A DNA stretch of 64,000 bases from Candidatus Latescibacterota bacterium (GCA_965204745.1 OZ242010.1:864001-928000), one strand, 5' to 3'. Numbered from the stretch's first letter, positions 49,504-59,287 are shown. A program made the numbers and translations. Notes: generated from the letters alone by a model not told the origin.

Positions 49504-50154
49504 CTACCAATACCGAAGCATCCGATCTACAAAGGCGGGCACTTCTTCTGTGAGGTACATAGCGGCGATAAATCCCCCGCAGATCAGATAGATCAGGAGG
49601 ATGGTGATCAGGGCGATTTTCTTGCGCCTGGTCATTTTGGTTCGCGGTGGTTTGGCGTCGCGGGGCGGTTCGATAGAACCGTCGGCCGGTGGCGGCTCTA
49701 AAGGTTTTTCTTCTGTTTCGGAGGCCGAGGATTCTGCGGGAGGCGCGTCTGCGGAGGCGGGTTCTGCTGTCGCTGTGGGGGGCGATTCCGGTTCGGCTTT
49801 GTCGAGCACGCGCTCGATTTCTTCGATGAGGCGGCTGGCTGAAAATGGTTTTTCGACAATGCCTTGCGCGCCGCGATTGAGCAGGGCTTGAATGGCGGAT
49901 TCCTCGTCGATGTGCGAGACTGCGATCACCGGCATGTCATAGCCTTCTTCGCGGATAAAATCGAGCAAGGTCGCGCCGTGGATGATGGGCATTTCCAAGT
50001 CTAACAAGATCAAGTCGGGCTGGCCGTGTGCGATTGCATCGAGGGCATCGGTCCATTTTGTCGCGCTTCGCGCTTGGTAATCGTTGGATTCGAGAATCCC
50101 GACGATTCGCTCTGCAACCGCGGCTTCGTCGTCAATGGTCAAAATTTTTGTCAT
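49504..50154 (-). CDS. Response-regulator receiver domain with Pro/acidic linker and C-terminal TM helix
   Basis: ILTIDDE, DLILLDLEMP, AVS, EKPF; RRKK then 22 hydrophobic residues. Confidence 0.82.
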   Translation of the reverse strand: MTKILTIDDEAAVAERIVGILESNDYQARSATKWTDALDAIAHGQPDLILLDLEMPIIHGATLLDFIREEGYDMPVIAVSHIDEESAIQALLNRGAQGIVEKPFSASRLIEEIERVLDKAEPESPPTATAEPASADAPPAESSASETEEKPLEPPPADGSIEPPRDAKPPRTKMTRRKKIALITILLIYLICGGFIAAMYLTEEVPAFVDRMLRYW

Positions 50155-50275
50155 CGCGTCCGTCCGCGTGGGGTGGGAAAATGTCGGCGATTGAAAGTAT
50201 AAAGCGAAAGAGGGGTTATGACAAGCGTTTTCCAAGTTTTGAATATCGCGAGGGCCGCCGCGGCAGTCTCGCGGT

Positions 50276-50968
50276 TCACTTGTGGATCGTTTGGCGGACG
50301 CGCTCTTCTAGCGTGCCATCGGTTTTGCCGATGATAATGTGGTCGGTCATGTCGATAAAGAGGCCGCATTCGACCACGCCGTAGATCGCGTTGATTTTGG
50401 CTTCGAGCGCGGGCGGGTCGTCAATGCGCCCGAAATCGCAATCGAGGATGTAATTGCCGTTGTCCGTCAGATAGGGCGCGGCGTCCTGGGTGCGGCGAAG
50501 CGCGGGATGACAGCTCAAGTCCGCGAGCAGGCGTTGGACAACTTGCCAGCCAAAGGGGATGACTTCAACTGGCAGGGGAAATGCCCCCAAGTGCGCGACT
50601 GCCTTGGATTCGTCTGCGACGATGATCTCGCGGTCGGACAGGGAGGCGACGATCTTTTCTCGCAACAGCGCGCCGCCGCCGCCTTTGATGAGGTTGAAGT
50701 GCGGGTCTAACTCGTCAGCACCGTCAATGGTCAGGTCGATGCGCGTCACTGCGTCAAAGCCGATGAGGGGAATGTTTTCCGATTCTGCCTGCTTGCGCGA
50801 TTGTTCGGAGGTGGGGATGCCGCGCATGGCGAGCCCCGATGAGACGCGCTGGCCCAGTTTTTGAATCGCAAAAAAGGCGGTCGTTCCCGTGCCTAGGCCC
50901 ACGACCATGCCATCTTCAACGCATTCGGCGGCGCGTTCTGCGGACAGTTGCTTGGGGTTGATGGTCAT
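50276..50968 (-). CDS. rpiA: Ribose-5-phosphate isomerase A
   Basis: GLGTGTT, IDGADE, IKGGGGALLREK, TDNGN. Confidence 0.96.
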   Translation of the reverse strand: MTINPKQLSAERAAECVEDGMVVGLGTGTTAFFAIQKLGQRVSSGLAMRGIPTSEQSRKQAESENIPLIGFDAVTRIDLTIDGADELDPHFNLIKGGGGALLREKIVASLSDREIIVADESKAVAHLGAFPLPVEVIPFGWQVVQRLLADLSCHPALRRTQDAAPYLTDNGNYILDCDFGRIDDPPALEAKINAIYGVVECGLFIDMTDHIIIGKTDGTLEERVRQTIHK

Positions 50969-51103
50969 GGTGTTCCTCCGAAAAATCCGCGAGAAGATAA
51001 ACCCGCGCTATGCGTTTGGCAATGATTTTGAACGCACACACGCCCGGCGTTTCCCGGCTTGTTTTTGCGAAGAATTGTCGTATTATGGCAAAGGCAAAAG
51101 TCA

Positions 51104-51500
51104 TACCAATTTGATTTTAAGTTGTCCGCATCCTGTCTCACATCAGGGATGAATGAGGAACAGAAGTTCCGTAGGAGTGCTTGTCTCAAGCGTTTGGTCC
51201 TACAGCATTGTTGGTTGCTTTCGATGCCTTCGGCGACTTACTTTTTTTCAACAGCAAAAAAAAGTAAGCGAGCGGGGTACAACTGCCCCAGCAGTTCAAA
51301 AATGCCGCTCTCAAACGCCGAGGGGCTTGCACAGCGCAAATCGCTTTTGTAATCGCCCGACATGCGTTGGCCTGCAAGGTGGGTTGCAAGAGGGGTGTTG
51401 GTTGCGAGACGGACTTGCGCGCTGTGCGTGATGGCTTTAGCTGATGGTCGTTTGCGCTGGCATTGTTGCCATGGCTTCTCTGAATGACTGCGGAACGTCA
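51104..51500. repeat. MITE family B arm followed by a repeat module shared with the interior of MITE A copy 2
   Basis: 51191-51500 similar to 18633-18912. Confidence 0.75.
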
Positions 51501-51592
51501 AGGGGATCGCTTGCTGTCAGCATATCGCATCACATTAGGACAACAGCAATTCAATTTTGTATTGCGATTCATCTGTTTTCAAGGAGAAGGAC

Positions 51593-52441
51593 ATGAGCTA
51601 TGACACGTTGGAAGATTTTTTTGGGGATATTGTGGGGAAGGCGCGGCGGGGGCGGGGGATTTCCGAAGCGGCGTTGGCGCAGAGTGTCGGCTTGAGTGCG
51701 CGGGAGATCGGGCGAATCGAATCCTATGCCCTAATGCCGGATGACCGCGTCATTCGCAGGCTCGCGGACGCGCTTCATCTCGACGGCGAAAAATTGGTGG
51801 GCGTGGCGCGCGGGTGGGTGCCGCAACGGGGCAATGCGGCGTTTGAAGATCGAGGCAGGCGGGTCGAGCGGTTGATTCTCGACGCGGGGATGACGGTCAA
51901 CTGCTATTTGCTCACCTGTACGGCGTCTGGCAACGGGGCCGTCATTGACCCTGGCGGGCAGGCGCGGGTGATTTTGGATGCGGTTGCAAGTGCGGGCATG
52001 CAGGTGACGCACATCTTGCTCACGCACGGGCACGGAGATCATGTGGGCGCGCTGGACGCGGTTGCCGATGCGACAGGCGCGCATGTGTGCGGTTGCCAAC
52101 GCGATTTTGCGGTGATGGGATCGCGCAGCCAATGGGTGGCAGAGCAAGTGGATGAGGGATGGCAAACGCGGATTGGGGAACTCGATGTGACTGCGGTGAG
52201 CCTGCCCGGGCACACGGCAGGAGGGATTGGGTATTATACGGCTCCCGTGTTTTTTTCTGGAGACGCGCTTTTTGCCGGCTCTTTGGGCGGCGCGATGGGC
52301 GATGCGTACGCCGGGCAAATTCAAGCCGTGCGCGACAAGGTGCTCTCGCTGCCGGGAGAGACGGTTGTTTTTCCCGGGCACGGGCCGATCACTTCTGTGG
52401 CGCAAGAGTTGCAACACAATCCCTATTTTGGATGGGGATAG
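51593..52441 (+). CDS. XRE-type HTH fused to metallo-beta-lactamase-fold (glyoxalase II-like) hydrolase
   Basis: N-terminal HTH; LLTHGHGDH, PGHT, SGDALF, PGHG; AAGGAG RBS. Confidence 0.88.
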   Translation: MSYDTLEDFFGDIVGKARRGRGISEAALAQSVGLSAREIGRIESYALMPDDRVIRRLADALHLDGEKLVGVARGWVPQRGNAAFEDRGRRVERLILDAGMTVNCYLLTCTASGNGAVIDPGGQARVILDAVASAGMQVTHILLTHGHGDHVGALDAVADATGAHVCGCQRDFAVMGSRSQWVAEQVDEGWQTRIGELDVTAVSLPGHTAGGIGYYTAPVFFSGDALFAGSLGGAMGDAYAGQIQAVRDKVLSLPGETVVFPGHGPITSVAQELQHNPYFGWG

Positions 52442-52541
52442 GCCCTACTCGCTTCACTCGTTATTCCCTGATGGGAAGCGGATACGGACAACCTAAAATC
52501 ATAATGGGTAACGTCTCCCCTCCTCAGATTGCCGTTGTAGG

Positions 52542-52739
52542 CTACGCCTCTGTATCACCCTGCGTTTCCACCCATTGCCCGATGGCTTGGCGGATGGATT
52601 CAACCGCAACTTTTTTGCGCTCGAGGCGGTCGATTTGTGCGCGTAATTGTTCGATTTGCGCGTTGATGTCTTGAAGCTCGCCATCTGCTGTTGAGAGTGC
52701 TTGCCGATAGACGGGTTCGCCGTGCGTGGATTCTGCCAT
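52542..52739 (-). CDS. Small coiled-coil protein (65 aa)
   Basis: AAGGAG RBS; heptad pattern LQDINAQIEQLRAQIDRLE. Confidence 0.65.
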   Translation of the reverse strand: MAESTHGEPVYRQALSTADGELQDINAQIEQLRAQIDRLERKKVAVESIRQAIGQWVETQGDTEA

Positions 52740-52951
52740 GGATGTGCTCCTTCATGCGTGGTGTTTTGGAACGAATTGCACGAGCATGTACCAACTATAG
52801 AACTCATCGTTGCGATTCGTCAAGCGCAAAGTGAAATTTGTCCCGCGAACTGGGGTTAAAGACATGCAACTTTCTCTCGTTTTACGCATTTAAGAACGCA
52901 GACGCCAACTGGCCTTCCATCGATCAGTGCTGTTCAGCAAAGGAGATCACC

Positions 52952-55900
52952 ATGTCGTATCGTTTCACACGTTTCACACACGCGCCCAAGCGCGTGCCGA
53001 AGTCAATCGCAGTGTATTTGGTCGCCCTGATTTTGTGCGCTTCCACCTCTGCGGTCGCACAGGAATATTTTGGGAAGAACAAGGTCAATTACAGCCAATA
53101 CACCTGGCATTATATCGACAGCGAACACTTCACGATCTACTTTGACAAGGGGTCGCTCGGCCTGGCCGAGTTTGTCGCCAAAGAGGCGGAGCGGTCTTTG
53201 GTCCACATCGAAAAAACCCTGAAGTACACCATGAAAGAACGCTATCCCATCGTCATTTACAATTCGCACAATGGGTTTTCCGTGTCCAATATCACCAATG
53301 CGGAACAGTCCGAGTTCACGGGCGGGTTCACCGAGTTCGCCCAAGGGCGCGTGGTGATCCCCTTTACCGGGTCGTACGCGGATTTGCAGCACGTCATTCA
53401 CCACGAGTTGGTTCACGCGGTGACGATAGAGTTGTGGACCGGCGGCGGTTGGTTAGGGTCATTGGTTTCGCAAACCTCCACGTTGCCCCCGCTGTGGATC
53501 GCCGAGGGCATTGCCGAATACGTGTCGCGCTATGGCTGGCACAAAGAACACGACAATTTTATGCGCGACGCCACCATTACCGGGTACGTGCCGACCATCG
53601 AGATGATGTCGATGAGTTATTTTGCGTATCCCGGTGGCAACTCGGTTTTTTACATGATCGAACAGGAGTACGGCAAGGACAAGGTGGCGTCCTTTATTTC
53701 GTCCTTCCGCACGGCCAAAAATCCGGACAAGGCACTCAAGGCGTCGTTGGGATTTGGGATGAAGGAGCTGGAGGAGAAATACCAACTGTGGCTCAAGCGG
53801 CAATACTGGAACGAGATCAACCTGCGCCACACCCCCGCCGAGATGGCGAAAAACTTGACGGAACGCGAAGATGAGCCTGCGTCCTACAATCTGGCCGCCG
53901 CGCTTTCGCCCCAAGGCGACAAGGTCGCGTATTTGACCAACCGAAACGGCACGTTTGACATTTATCTCATGTCGGCGATTGATGGCAAGGACTTGGGGCG
54001 GTTGGTCGAGGGACAAAAGTCGTCCGATTTTGAGTCGATGTTCGTTTTGCGGCCCGGGTTGACGTGGTCGCCCGATGGCCGGCATATTGCATTTGCCGCC
54101 AAGTCGAATAACAAGAATACCCTGTACATTCTCGAGGTGAAAAATAAGCGGATTCGCAAGCGGTTCAAGTTTGACCTCGACGGGTTGTTTGAACCCACTT
54201 GGTCGCCGGATGGGCAAAAAATTGCCGTTGCCGGGATCAAAGATGGGTGGTCCGATATCTACGTGATCGATCTCGATGACGAGTCCCTCACCCGCCTGAC
54301 CAACGACCCCTACGACGAGCGGCACTTGGATTGGTCGCCGGATGGCGCGTGGATCGCCGTGAGTTCGGATCGTCCGGATACCGCGCTGGCATTTCGCGGG
54401 GGAAAGGATTTTGGGTTCGGGCAATACGACATCTTTTTGGTGCGCGCCGATGGGTCGGAAATGCGCCGCATCGTCACGTATGAAGACGCCGAAGACTCGC
54501 ATCCGGTGTGGGGATCAGACAGCAACCACCTCGCCTTTGTTTCCGACCGCACGGGGGTGGGCAATATTTATATCGCAAGCGTCGATGGCACCGAGGAGAT
54601 CTATCCCATCACCAATTTGCTGTCTGGGGCGCAATACCTCGATTGGTCAGCCGATGGAAAAAAGATCGCGTTCAATGCCTTTCACAAGGGCACGCTCGAC
54701 GTGTTTGTGATGCGCGACCCGTTCGCGCAAAAAAAACAAATGGCGGATTTGCCGCGCACGCGCTTTGTCAAGCGACTCGCAGGGGAAGATGAAAAGATGT
54801 TCGTGGAGTTGCAAAAGGAGAAATACGCCTCCCGCGATACCGCCGCGGCCGACAGCGCGATAGTCGATTCCGCGACGACAAAACCCAAGGAGGTGGCGCA
54901 GTGGATCGCGGATCAAGAAGCCCTCGCTACGGCCGCTGTTGCCGACAGCACCGAGCCTGCGATCACGCAGCCGGTCGCGGGTAGCCCGGATGTGGCGGAT
55001 TCTGGGGCGAAAGACTGGGGCGAGCGAGAATTTCAGGTCAAGAAGTACAAGTTGAAATTCAAGCCCGAACTGTTCGGCGCGCAAGCGGGGTTCGACACGT
55101 TTTACGGGGTGAACAGTTTTATCATGTTGTCGATGAGCGATGTGATGGGCGACCACCGCGCCACGCTGTTGACGAGTTTGAACTTCTCGCTCAAAGACAG
55201 CGATTTTCTGCTGAGTTACGCCTATTTGAAGCACCGCACGAATTACGGCGCGCAGCTTTTTCACACGCGCTTCTTCTTCTTTGACAACACCGGCAATTTG
55301 ACCGCTGATCGCTATTACGGAATTTCCGGCGGGCTCGAGCGACCGTTTAATCGGTTCTCCCGCTTGGAGTTCAGTTCGCGCTTTGTCTCTGTTGACCGCG
55401 AGCGATTGATAACCGGCGGCACCAATTTGTTCCAGCCGGGGTTTCGCGGCATTGCGCGGTACAGCGGCACATTGATCGACCGCCGCCGCGCAGCTATCGG
55501 CGAAGTGGCACTCGTGGGCGACAGCGCGCTTTACAGCTTGTTTGGCGCCGCAGACGGGCATCGCTACCGCCTGGGCTTTGAAGGGTCTGGCGCGGGCATG
55601 AAGTTCGCCACATTTCGACTGGATTATCGCAAGTACCTGCGCCTGTTGAATGAATACACGTTTGGGTTCCGCGTGTCGGGCGGGACGAGTTACGGCCCCA
55701 ACAGCACGGTGTTTTTCTTGGGCGGGGTGAACAATCCGATCAACCCGACGTTTTCCACCATTGCCAATGTGGATCAAAGCCGCGTGTTTTTCTCGTCTTA
55801 TGCCTGGCCCTTGCGCGGGGCATCTCTGCTCGAAATGGCGGGCAATTCCTACGTGCTGGGCAATTTCGCGTTCCGGTTCCCGCTCATCCGGCAGTTGTCG

Positions 55901-56218
55901 ATGGGCTGGCCCTTGCCGTTTTTCTTTCAAAATGTGCAGGGGGAATTGTTCTTTGACATCGGCGGGGCTTTTGACCGTGCGGATTGGCGCGATGGCTGGG
56001 TGGCCCGCGATGGCGGGTTCCAACTCAATACGCCGCAAAACTACTACAAGCAGGAAATCGGAAAATCAAAGCCGCAACTGGCCGCGGGCTATGGATTTGG
56101 CGTGCGGGTAAATCTGGGCTATTTCCTGTTCCGCTACGATCTGGCCTGGCCCACGGACCTCGCGGAAACCTACCACCCGCATCAGTACTTCTCGATTGAT
56201 TTCACGGGGTTGTTTTAA
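52952..56218 (+). CDS. Omp85/BamA-family protein with N-terminal zincin (HExxH) domain and PD40/TolB-like propeller
   Basis: QEYFGKNKVNY, HHELVH...WIAEGIAEY, repeated WSPDG, C-terminal barrel with PLRG, GYGFGVR, terminal Phe. Confidence 0.88.
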   Translation: MSYRFTRFTHAPKRVPKSIAVYLVALILCASTSAVAQEYFGKNKVNYSQYTWHYIDSEHFTIYFDKGSLGLAEFVAKEAERSLVHIEKTLKYTMKERYPIVIYNSHNGFSVSNITNAEQSEFTGGFTEFAQGRVVIPFTGSYADLQHVIHHELVHAVTIELWTGGGWLGSLVSQTSTLPPLWIAEGIAEYVSRYGWHKEHDNFMRDATITGYVPTIEMMSMSYFAYPGGNSVFYMIEQEYGKDKVASFISSFRTAKNPDKALKASLGFGMKELEEKYQLWLKRQYWNEINLRHTPAEMAKNLTEREDEPASYNLAAALSPQGDKVAYLTNRNGTFDIYLMSAIDGKDLGRLVEGQKSSDFESMFVLRPGLTWSPDGRHIAFAAKSNNKNTLYILEVKNKRIRKRFKFDLDGLFEPTWSPDGQKIAVAGIKDGWSDIYVIDLDDESLTRLTNDPYDERHLDWSPDGAWIAVSSDRPDTALAFRGGKDFGFGQYDIFLVRADGSEMRRIVTYEDAEDSHPVWGSDSNHLAFVSDRTGVGNIYIASVDGTEEIYPITNLLSGAQYLDWSADGKKIAFNAFHKGTLDVFVMRDPFAQKKQMADLPRTRFVKRLAGEDEKMFVELQKEKYASRDTAAADSAIVDSATTKPKEVAQWIADQEALATAAVADSTEPAITQPVAGSPDVADSGAKDWGEREFQVKKYKLKFKPELFGAQAGFDTFYGVNSFIMLSMSDVMGDHRATLLTSLNFSLKDSDFLLSYAYLKHRTNYGAQLFHTRFFFFDNTGNLTADRYYGISGGLERPFNRFSRLEFSSRFVSVDRERLITGGTNLFQPGFRGIARYSGTLIDRRRAAIGEVALVGDSALYSLFGAADGHRYRLGFEGSGAGMKFATFRLDYRKYLRLLNEYTFGFRVSGGTSYGPNSTVFFLGGVNNPINPTFSTIANVDQSRVFFSSYAWPLRGASLLEMAGNSYVLGNFAFRFPLIRQLSMGWPLPFFFQNVQGELFFDIGGAFDRADWRDGWVARDGGFQLNTPQNYYKQEIGKSKPQLAAGYGFGVRVNLGYFLFRYDLAWPTDLAETYHPHQYFSIDFTGLF

Positions 56219-56270
56219 CTATCTTGTTTTGCCGATTGATAGCCAAGAGACAAAAGGCGAGAGCGTAGCC

Positions 56271-56317
56271 CATTCAAGAGAGGCATGCCGTGCATGTCTC
56301 TCTTGTTTTATTTTTTT
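56271..56317 (+). terminator. Intrinsic terminator
   Basis: CAAGAGAGGCATGC/GCATGTCTCTCTTG hairpin then T-rich run. Confidence 0.7.
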
Positions 56318-56397
56318 GCGCGGTTGATGGGTGTCGATTTTTTGCGTATTATTGACGCGGAACGCGGACCTATCCTTAAAGCGCGAGGAGGTGCATC

Positions 56398-56991
56398 ATG
56401 GCAGTTGAAACGTTGCGGGACGTTGAAATTCCGCGAGAGGTCAAGCCCCTGCGCTGGCGATTTACGGTCGATGATTTTATGCGTATGGCAGAAGCGGGGG
56501 TTCTTTGTGACGAGGATCGGGTCGAACTCATCAATGGAGAGGTGCGTGCAATGAGTCCTGTTGGGCCAAGTCATGGTGCTGTTCTCAATCGGCTGAATAT
56601 GTTTTTTTCGCCCAAGTTGTTCGGGAAGGCGATTGTGAGTATTCAAAATCCGGTTCAGTTAGACGACTTTTCCGAACCCTTGCCCGATTTTGTGATTGCG
56701 CGTTTCCGCGAGGATTATTACGCCCTCGCGCATCCGTCGCCCGATGATGTGTTGTTGCTGATCGAGGTTGCGGATTCCTCGTTGCCTTATGATCGCGGCG
56801 AGAAGCGAGCGCGCTATGCCCAAGCCGGGATTCCCGAATACTGGGTGATCGACATTCCGCGCAGGCGCGTTTTTCAGTATGTCGCGCCGGAGGCGATGGG
56901 CTATCGCACAGAGCGCGTGTTGGGTGCGGGTGAGGTGATCACCTGCGCTTTCGCGGCGGATATCGCGATCTCGGTCGATGAGATTTTCTAA
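56398..56991 (+). CDS. Uma2 family endonuclease
   Basis: RFTVDDF, RVELINGE...MSP.GP.H, EPLPD, LIEVADSS, YAQAGIPEYWVID. Confidence 0.92.
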   Translation: MAVETLRDVEIPREVKPLRWRFTVDDFMRMAEAGVLCDEDRVELINGEVRAMSPVGPSHGAVLNRLNMFFSPKLFGKAIVSIQNPVQLDDFSEPLPDFVIARFREDYYALAHPSPDDVLLLIEVADSSLPYDRGEKRARYAQAGIPEYWVIDIPRRRVFQYVAPEAMGYRTERVLGAGEVITCAFAADIAISVDEIF

Positions 56992-57122
56992 CCGGCCCCT
57001 CCCCACAACGGGAAGGGGAGACGTTATTCCCCCATTCCTCGTCCTACAACGAAGCAGAGCGAGTAACGGGACTAAAAAAAATCAAAACAACTTCAGGATG
57101 ACAACGCAACAAAGGATTTGTT

Positions 57123-57437
57123 ATGACGGCAAAAGAATACTACATGGCGGGGTTGGGCAAGTTGGGGACAGGGGACTTAGATGGTGCTATCGCCGAGTTT
57201 GAGAAGGCCGTTGCAAGCGATGAGTCGTTTTACATGGCGCGTTTGGGATGGGCGCAGGCACTGGACAGGCAGGGCGAGATCGACGCTGCGATTGAACAGG
57301 TCAATCACGCCTTGGCCATCGTCCCGGACGAGGCCCTCGCGCATACGAGTCTGTCGCGGTTGTATCAGCAAAAAGGCATGATCGCAGAGGCCGAAAGGGA
57401 AATGGCGATTTCGCAACAACTCGCTCAAAATATTTGA
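57123..57437 (+). CDS. Small TPR protein
   Basis: Three TPR-like helical repeats. Confidence 0.8.
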   Translation: MTAKEYYMAGLGKLGTGDLDGAIAEFEKAVASDESFYMARLGWAQALDRQGEIDAAIEQVNHALAIVPDEALAHTSLSRLYQQKGMIAEAEREMAISQQLAQNI

Positions 57438-57446
57438 TGATCCCGC

Positions 57447-57769
57447 CACCCGTGCGGCCTCACCGCGCCACCCAACCGCCCGTGTCTGAATCGCGGATTA
57501 AACGGATTACGCAGATTACGCGGATTACCCCTCACCGCTCTACCGCCGTTTCATCGTTCCCACCCGATATGTCCTTCGCAACCCTGTCGCCATTATCCGT
57601 AGGGACAGGCCCATGTGCTTACCTATCCCCCGGCCCCTTTCCTACGGGAAAGGGGAGTAGCGTCCTTTGATGGCTTAATCAATGGCTGGTTTTAAGGGCG
57701 TTGCGCGAGGGCATAAAGCGATTAAAAATCCCTCACCCCTTCCCCTCGTAAAACCTCTCGCCATTCCCC
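57447..57769. repeat. Composite REP-like repeat cluster (reverse orientation relative to 7103-7770)
   Basis: GTGTCTGAATCGCGGATT unit and ACCTATCCCCCGGCCCCTTTCCT palindrome. Confidence 0.8.
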
Positions 57770-58154
57770 CTTGTATCTTTGGATCAAGGGTTAATTAGGT
57801 GTTGCGCCCTCGTATCGAGACAAGCCATCTTGATGCTCGGCTCGGAGAAGGCCGGTCCCCCCCTTGAAGGCAATGACCTTGTTAGGAAGAGAGGCCCCCC
57901 GACCGCCGAGTCTATGCCGAAGAGTATCTAAGTCCATCGAGGCTGCATATACAAGGTCGGTAGGCTTGGCGCGAATGGTCGGGACGCGAACCCGAGCGCA
58001 CACCAGATCCCTTACAAACCCCTCATCACAGGAGGCCCCTATGTCGAACTCTCACTCCGCTTTTGCCGGCATTGATGTCAGTGCCCACACATTGTCCGTT
58101 GCCCTGTCCAGACCTGGACAAGATGTCCTGCAAGCGACCTTTGACAATGATCCC
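57770..58154 (+). mobile_element. IS110-family element, left part only (non-coding left end + first 38 codons of recombinase)
   Basis: Starts CT|TGTAT; AGGAGG then MSNSHSAFAGIDVSAHTL...TFDNDP (GIDVS of the DEDD/RuvC domain) at 58041. Confidence 0.8.
57810..57963 (+). ncRNA. Putative IS110 bridge RNA
   Basis: 5' hairpin, then two internal loops: TCCCCCCCT/TAGGAAG and AGAGTATCT/ATACAAG; the last guide is the reverse complement of the element's own left end. Confidence 0.75.
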
Positions 58155-58261
58155 CGGGCGGATAGGTGGCGAGGAGGGGAAAATCACTTGACATCGCGAG
58201 AGGGATTGGAGATTATTTGTGTTGTTCCGCAAGTCGTTCAAACAATCTCAGGAGGTGCCCC

Positions 58262-59287
58262 ATGGCAGAATACGATACGATTCCCAAGCAGTTGATTCAC
58301 CTCTACCCGCAAGATCTCGTCCGCTTGGCTCTCGGACGCGAGGATGTCGAAATTGAAGTTGAAGAAGTCCTCGACACCGAACTCCCGATGGTTGACACGC
58401 GCCTGGTCGATAGCCTCATTCGCGTGCGGATCAATGGCGAGGAAGCCTTGGTACACATCGAATTTCAAACCACCGACAGCGCGAATATGGCTATTCGCAT
58501 GGCGATCTATATCCTCCGCCTCATCGAACGCTATGGCCTGCCGGTCTATGCCCATGTGATTTACTTGCGTCCCAATGCCGGGCGACGCGATAAAGGGTTT
58601 TACCTTCAAGATCATGCCGATTACCCAGTGCTGGTGCGCTACAAGGTGCTTCGGTTGCGTGAGCTGGACGGGCGAGGCATTCTTGAAGGTGGTCAGGCGG
58701 GCTTGCTTCCTTTCGCGCCGTTGATGAAGCGTCCTGTGGGGATGGGTTCCGAGGATTGGTTGCGCGAGTGTGTTCGCAAGAGCGATTCGGTTTCGTTGGA
58801 TCAATCAGAAAAGGCTAATTTTTTGAGTAGCTTGGGGGTCTTGAGTGGGTTGGCGTACGATCCAAGCACCATCACGAAAATTCTTTCTCAGGAGGGTTTT
58901 ATGGACGCGATTATGCGTGAGTCATCGTTTGCCCAATACCTCAAGGAACAGATCCAGGAACAGTTCAAGGAACAGTTCAAGGAACAGATCCAGGCACAGT
59001 TCAAGGAACAGTTCATTGAGCAGGGCATTGAGCAAGGAATCGAGCAGGGAATCGAGCAGGGAATCGAGCAGGGAATCGAGCAGGGAATCGAGCAAGGGGG
59101 TAGAGAACATACCATTGCCGCTATCCTCGACGTGTTGGAGGTTCGCTTCGATCCAGCCGTTGCCGGTCAGTTCGCCGGTCGCATTGCGGTTATCGACGAT
59201 TTGCAACGGCTCAAGCGGTTGCTTCGCTCGGCGGTGCAAGTGGATGATCTGGCGGCCTTTCAGCACCTGTTGGATGCGGAGGCCTGA
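58262..59287 (+). CDS. Rpn family recombination-promoting nuclease / putative transposase (PD-(D/E)xK)
   Basis: AGGAGG RBS; YDTIPK, VDSL...VHIEFQT, LLPFAPLM, EQGI repeats, LEVRF tail. Confidence 0.88.
   Translation: MAEYDTIPKQLIHLYPQDLVRLALGREDVEIEVEEVLDTELPMVDTRLVDSLIRVRINGEEALVHIEFQTTDSANMAIRMAIYILRLIERYGLPVYAHVIYLRPNAGRRDKGFYLQDHADYPVLVRYKVLRLRELDGRGILEGGQAGLLPFAPLMKRPVGMGSEDWLRECVRKSDSVSLDQSEKANFLSSLGVLSGLAYDPSTITKILSQEGFMDAIMRESSFAQYLKEQIQEQFKEQFKEQIQAQFKEQFIEQGIEQGIEQGIEQGIEQGIEQGIEQGGREHTIAAILDVLEVRFDPAVAGQFAGRIAVIDDLQRLKRLLRSAVQVDDLAAFQHLLDAEA
58945..59097 (+). repeat. Intragenic 12-bp tandem repeats (EQFK/EQIQ then EQGI)
   Basis: GAACAGTTCAAG and GAGCAGGGAATC units. Confidence 0.9.

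Noticed and set aside
57864-58295. 143-aa ORF as a real protein
   Set aside because: Chimeric read-through of the IS110 non-coding end, the truncated recombinase and downstream repeat DNA
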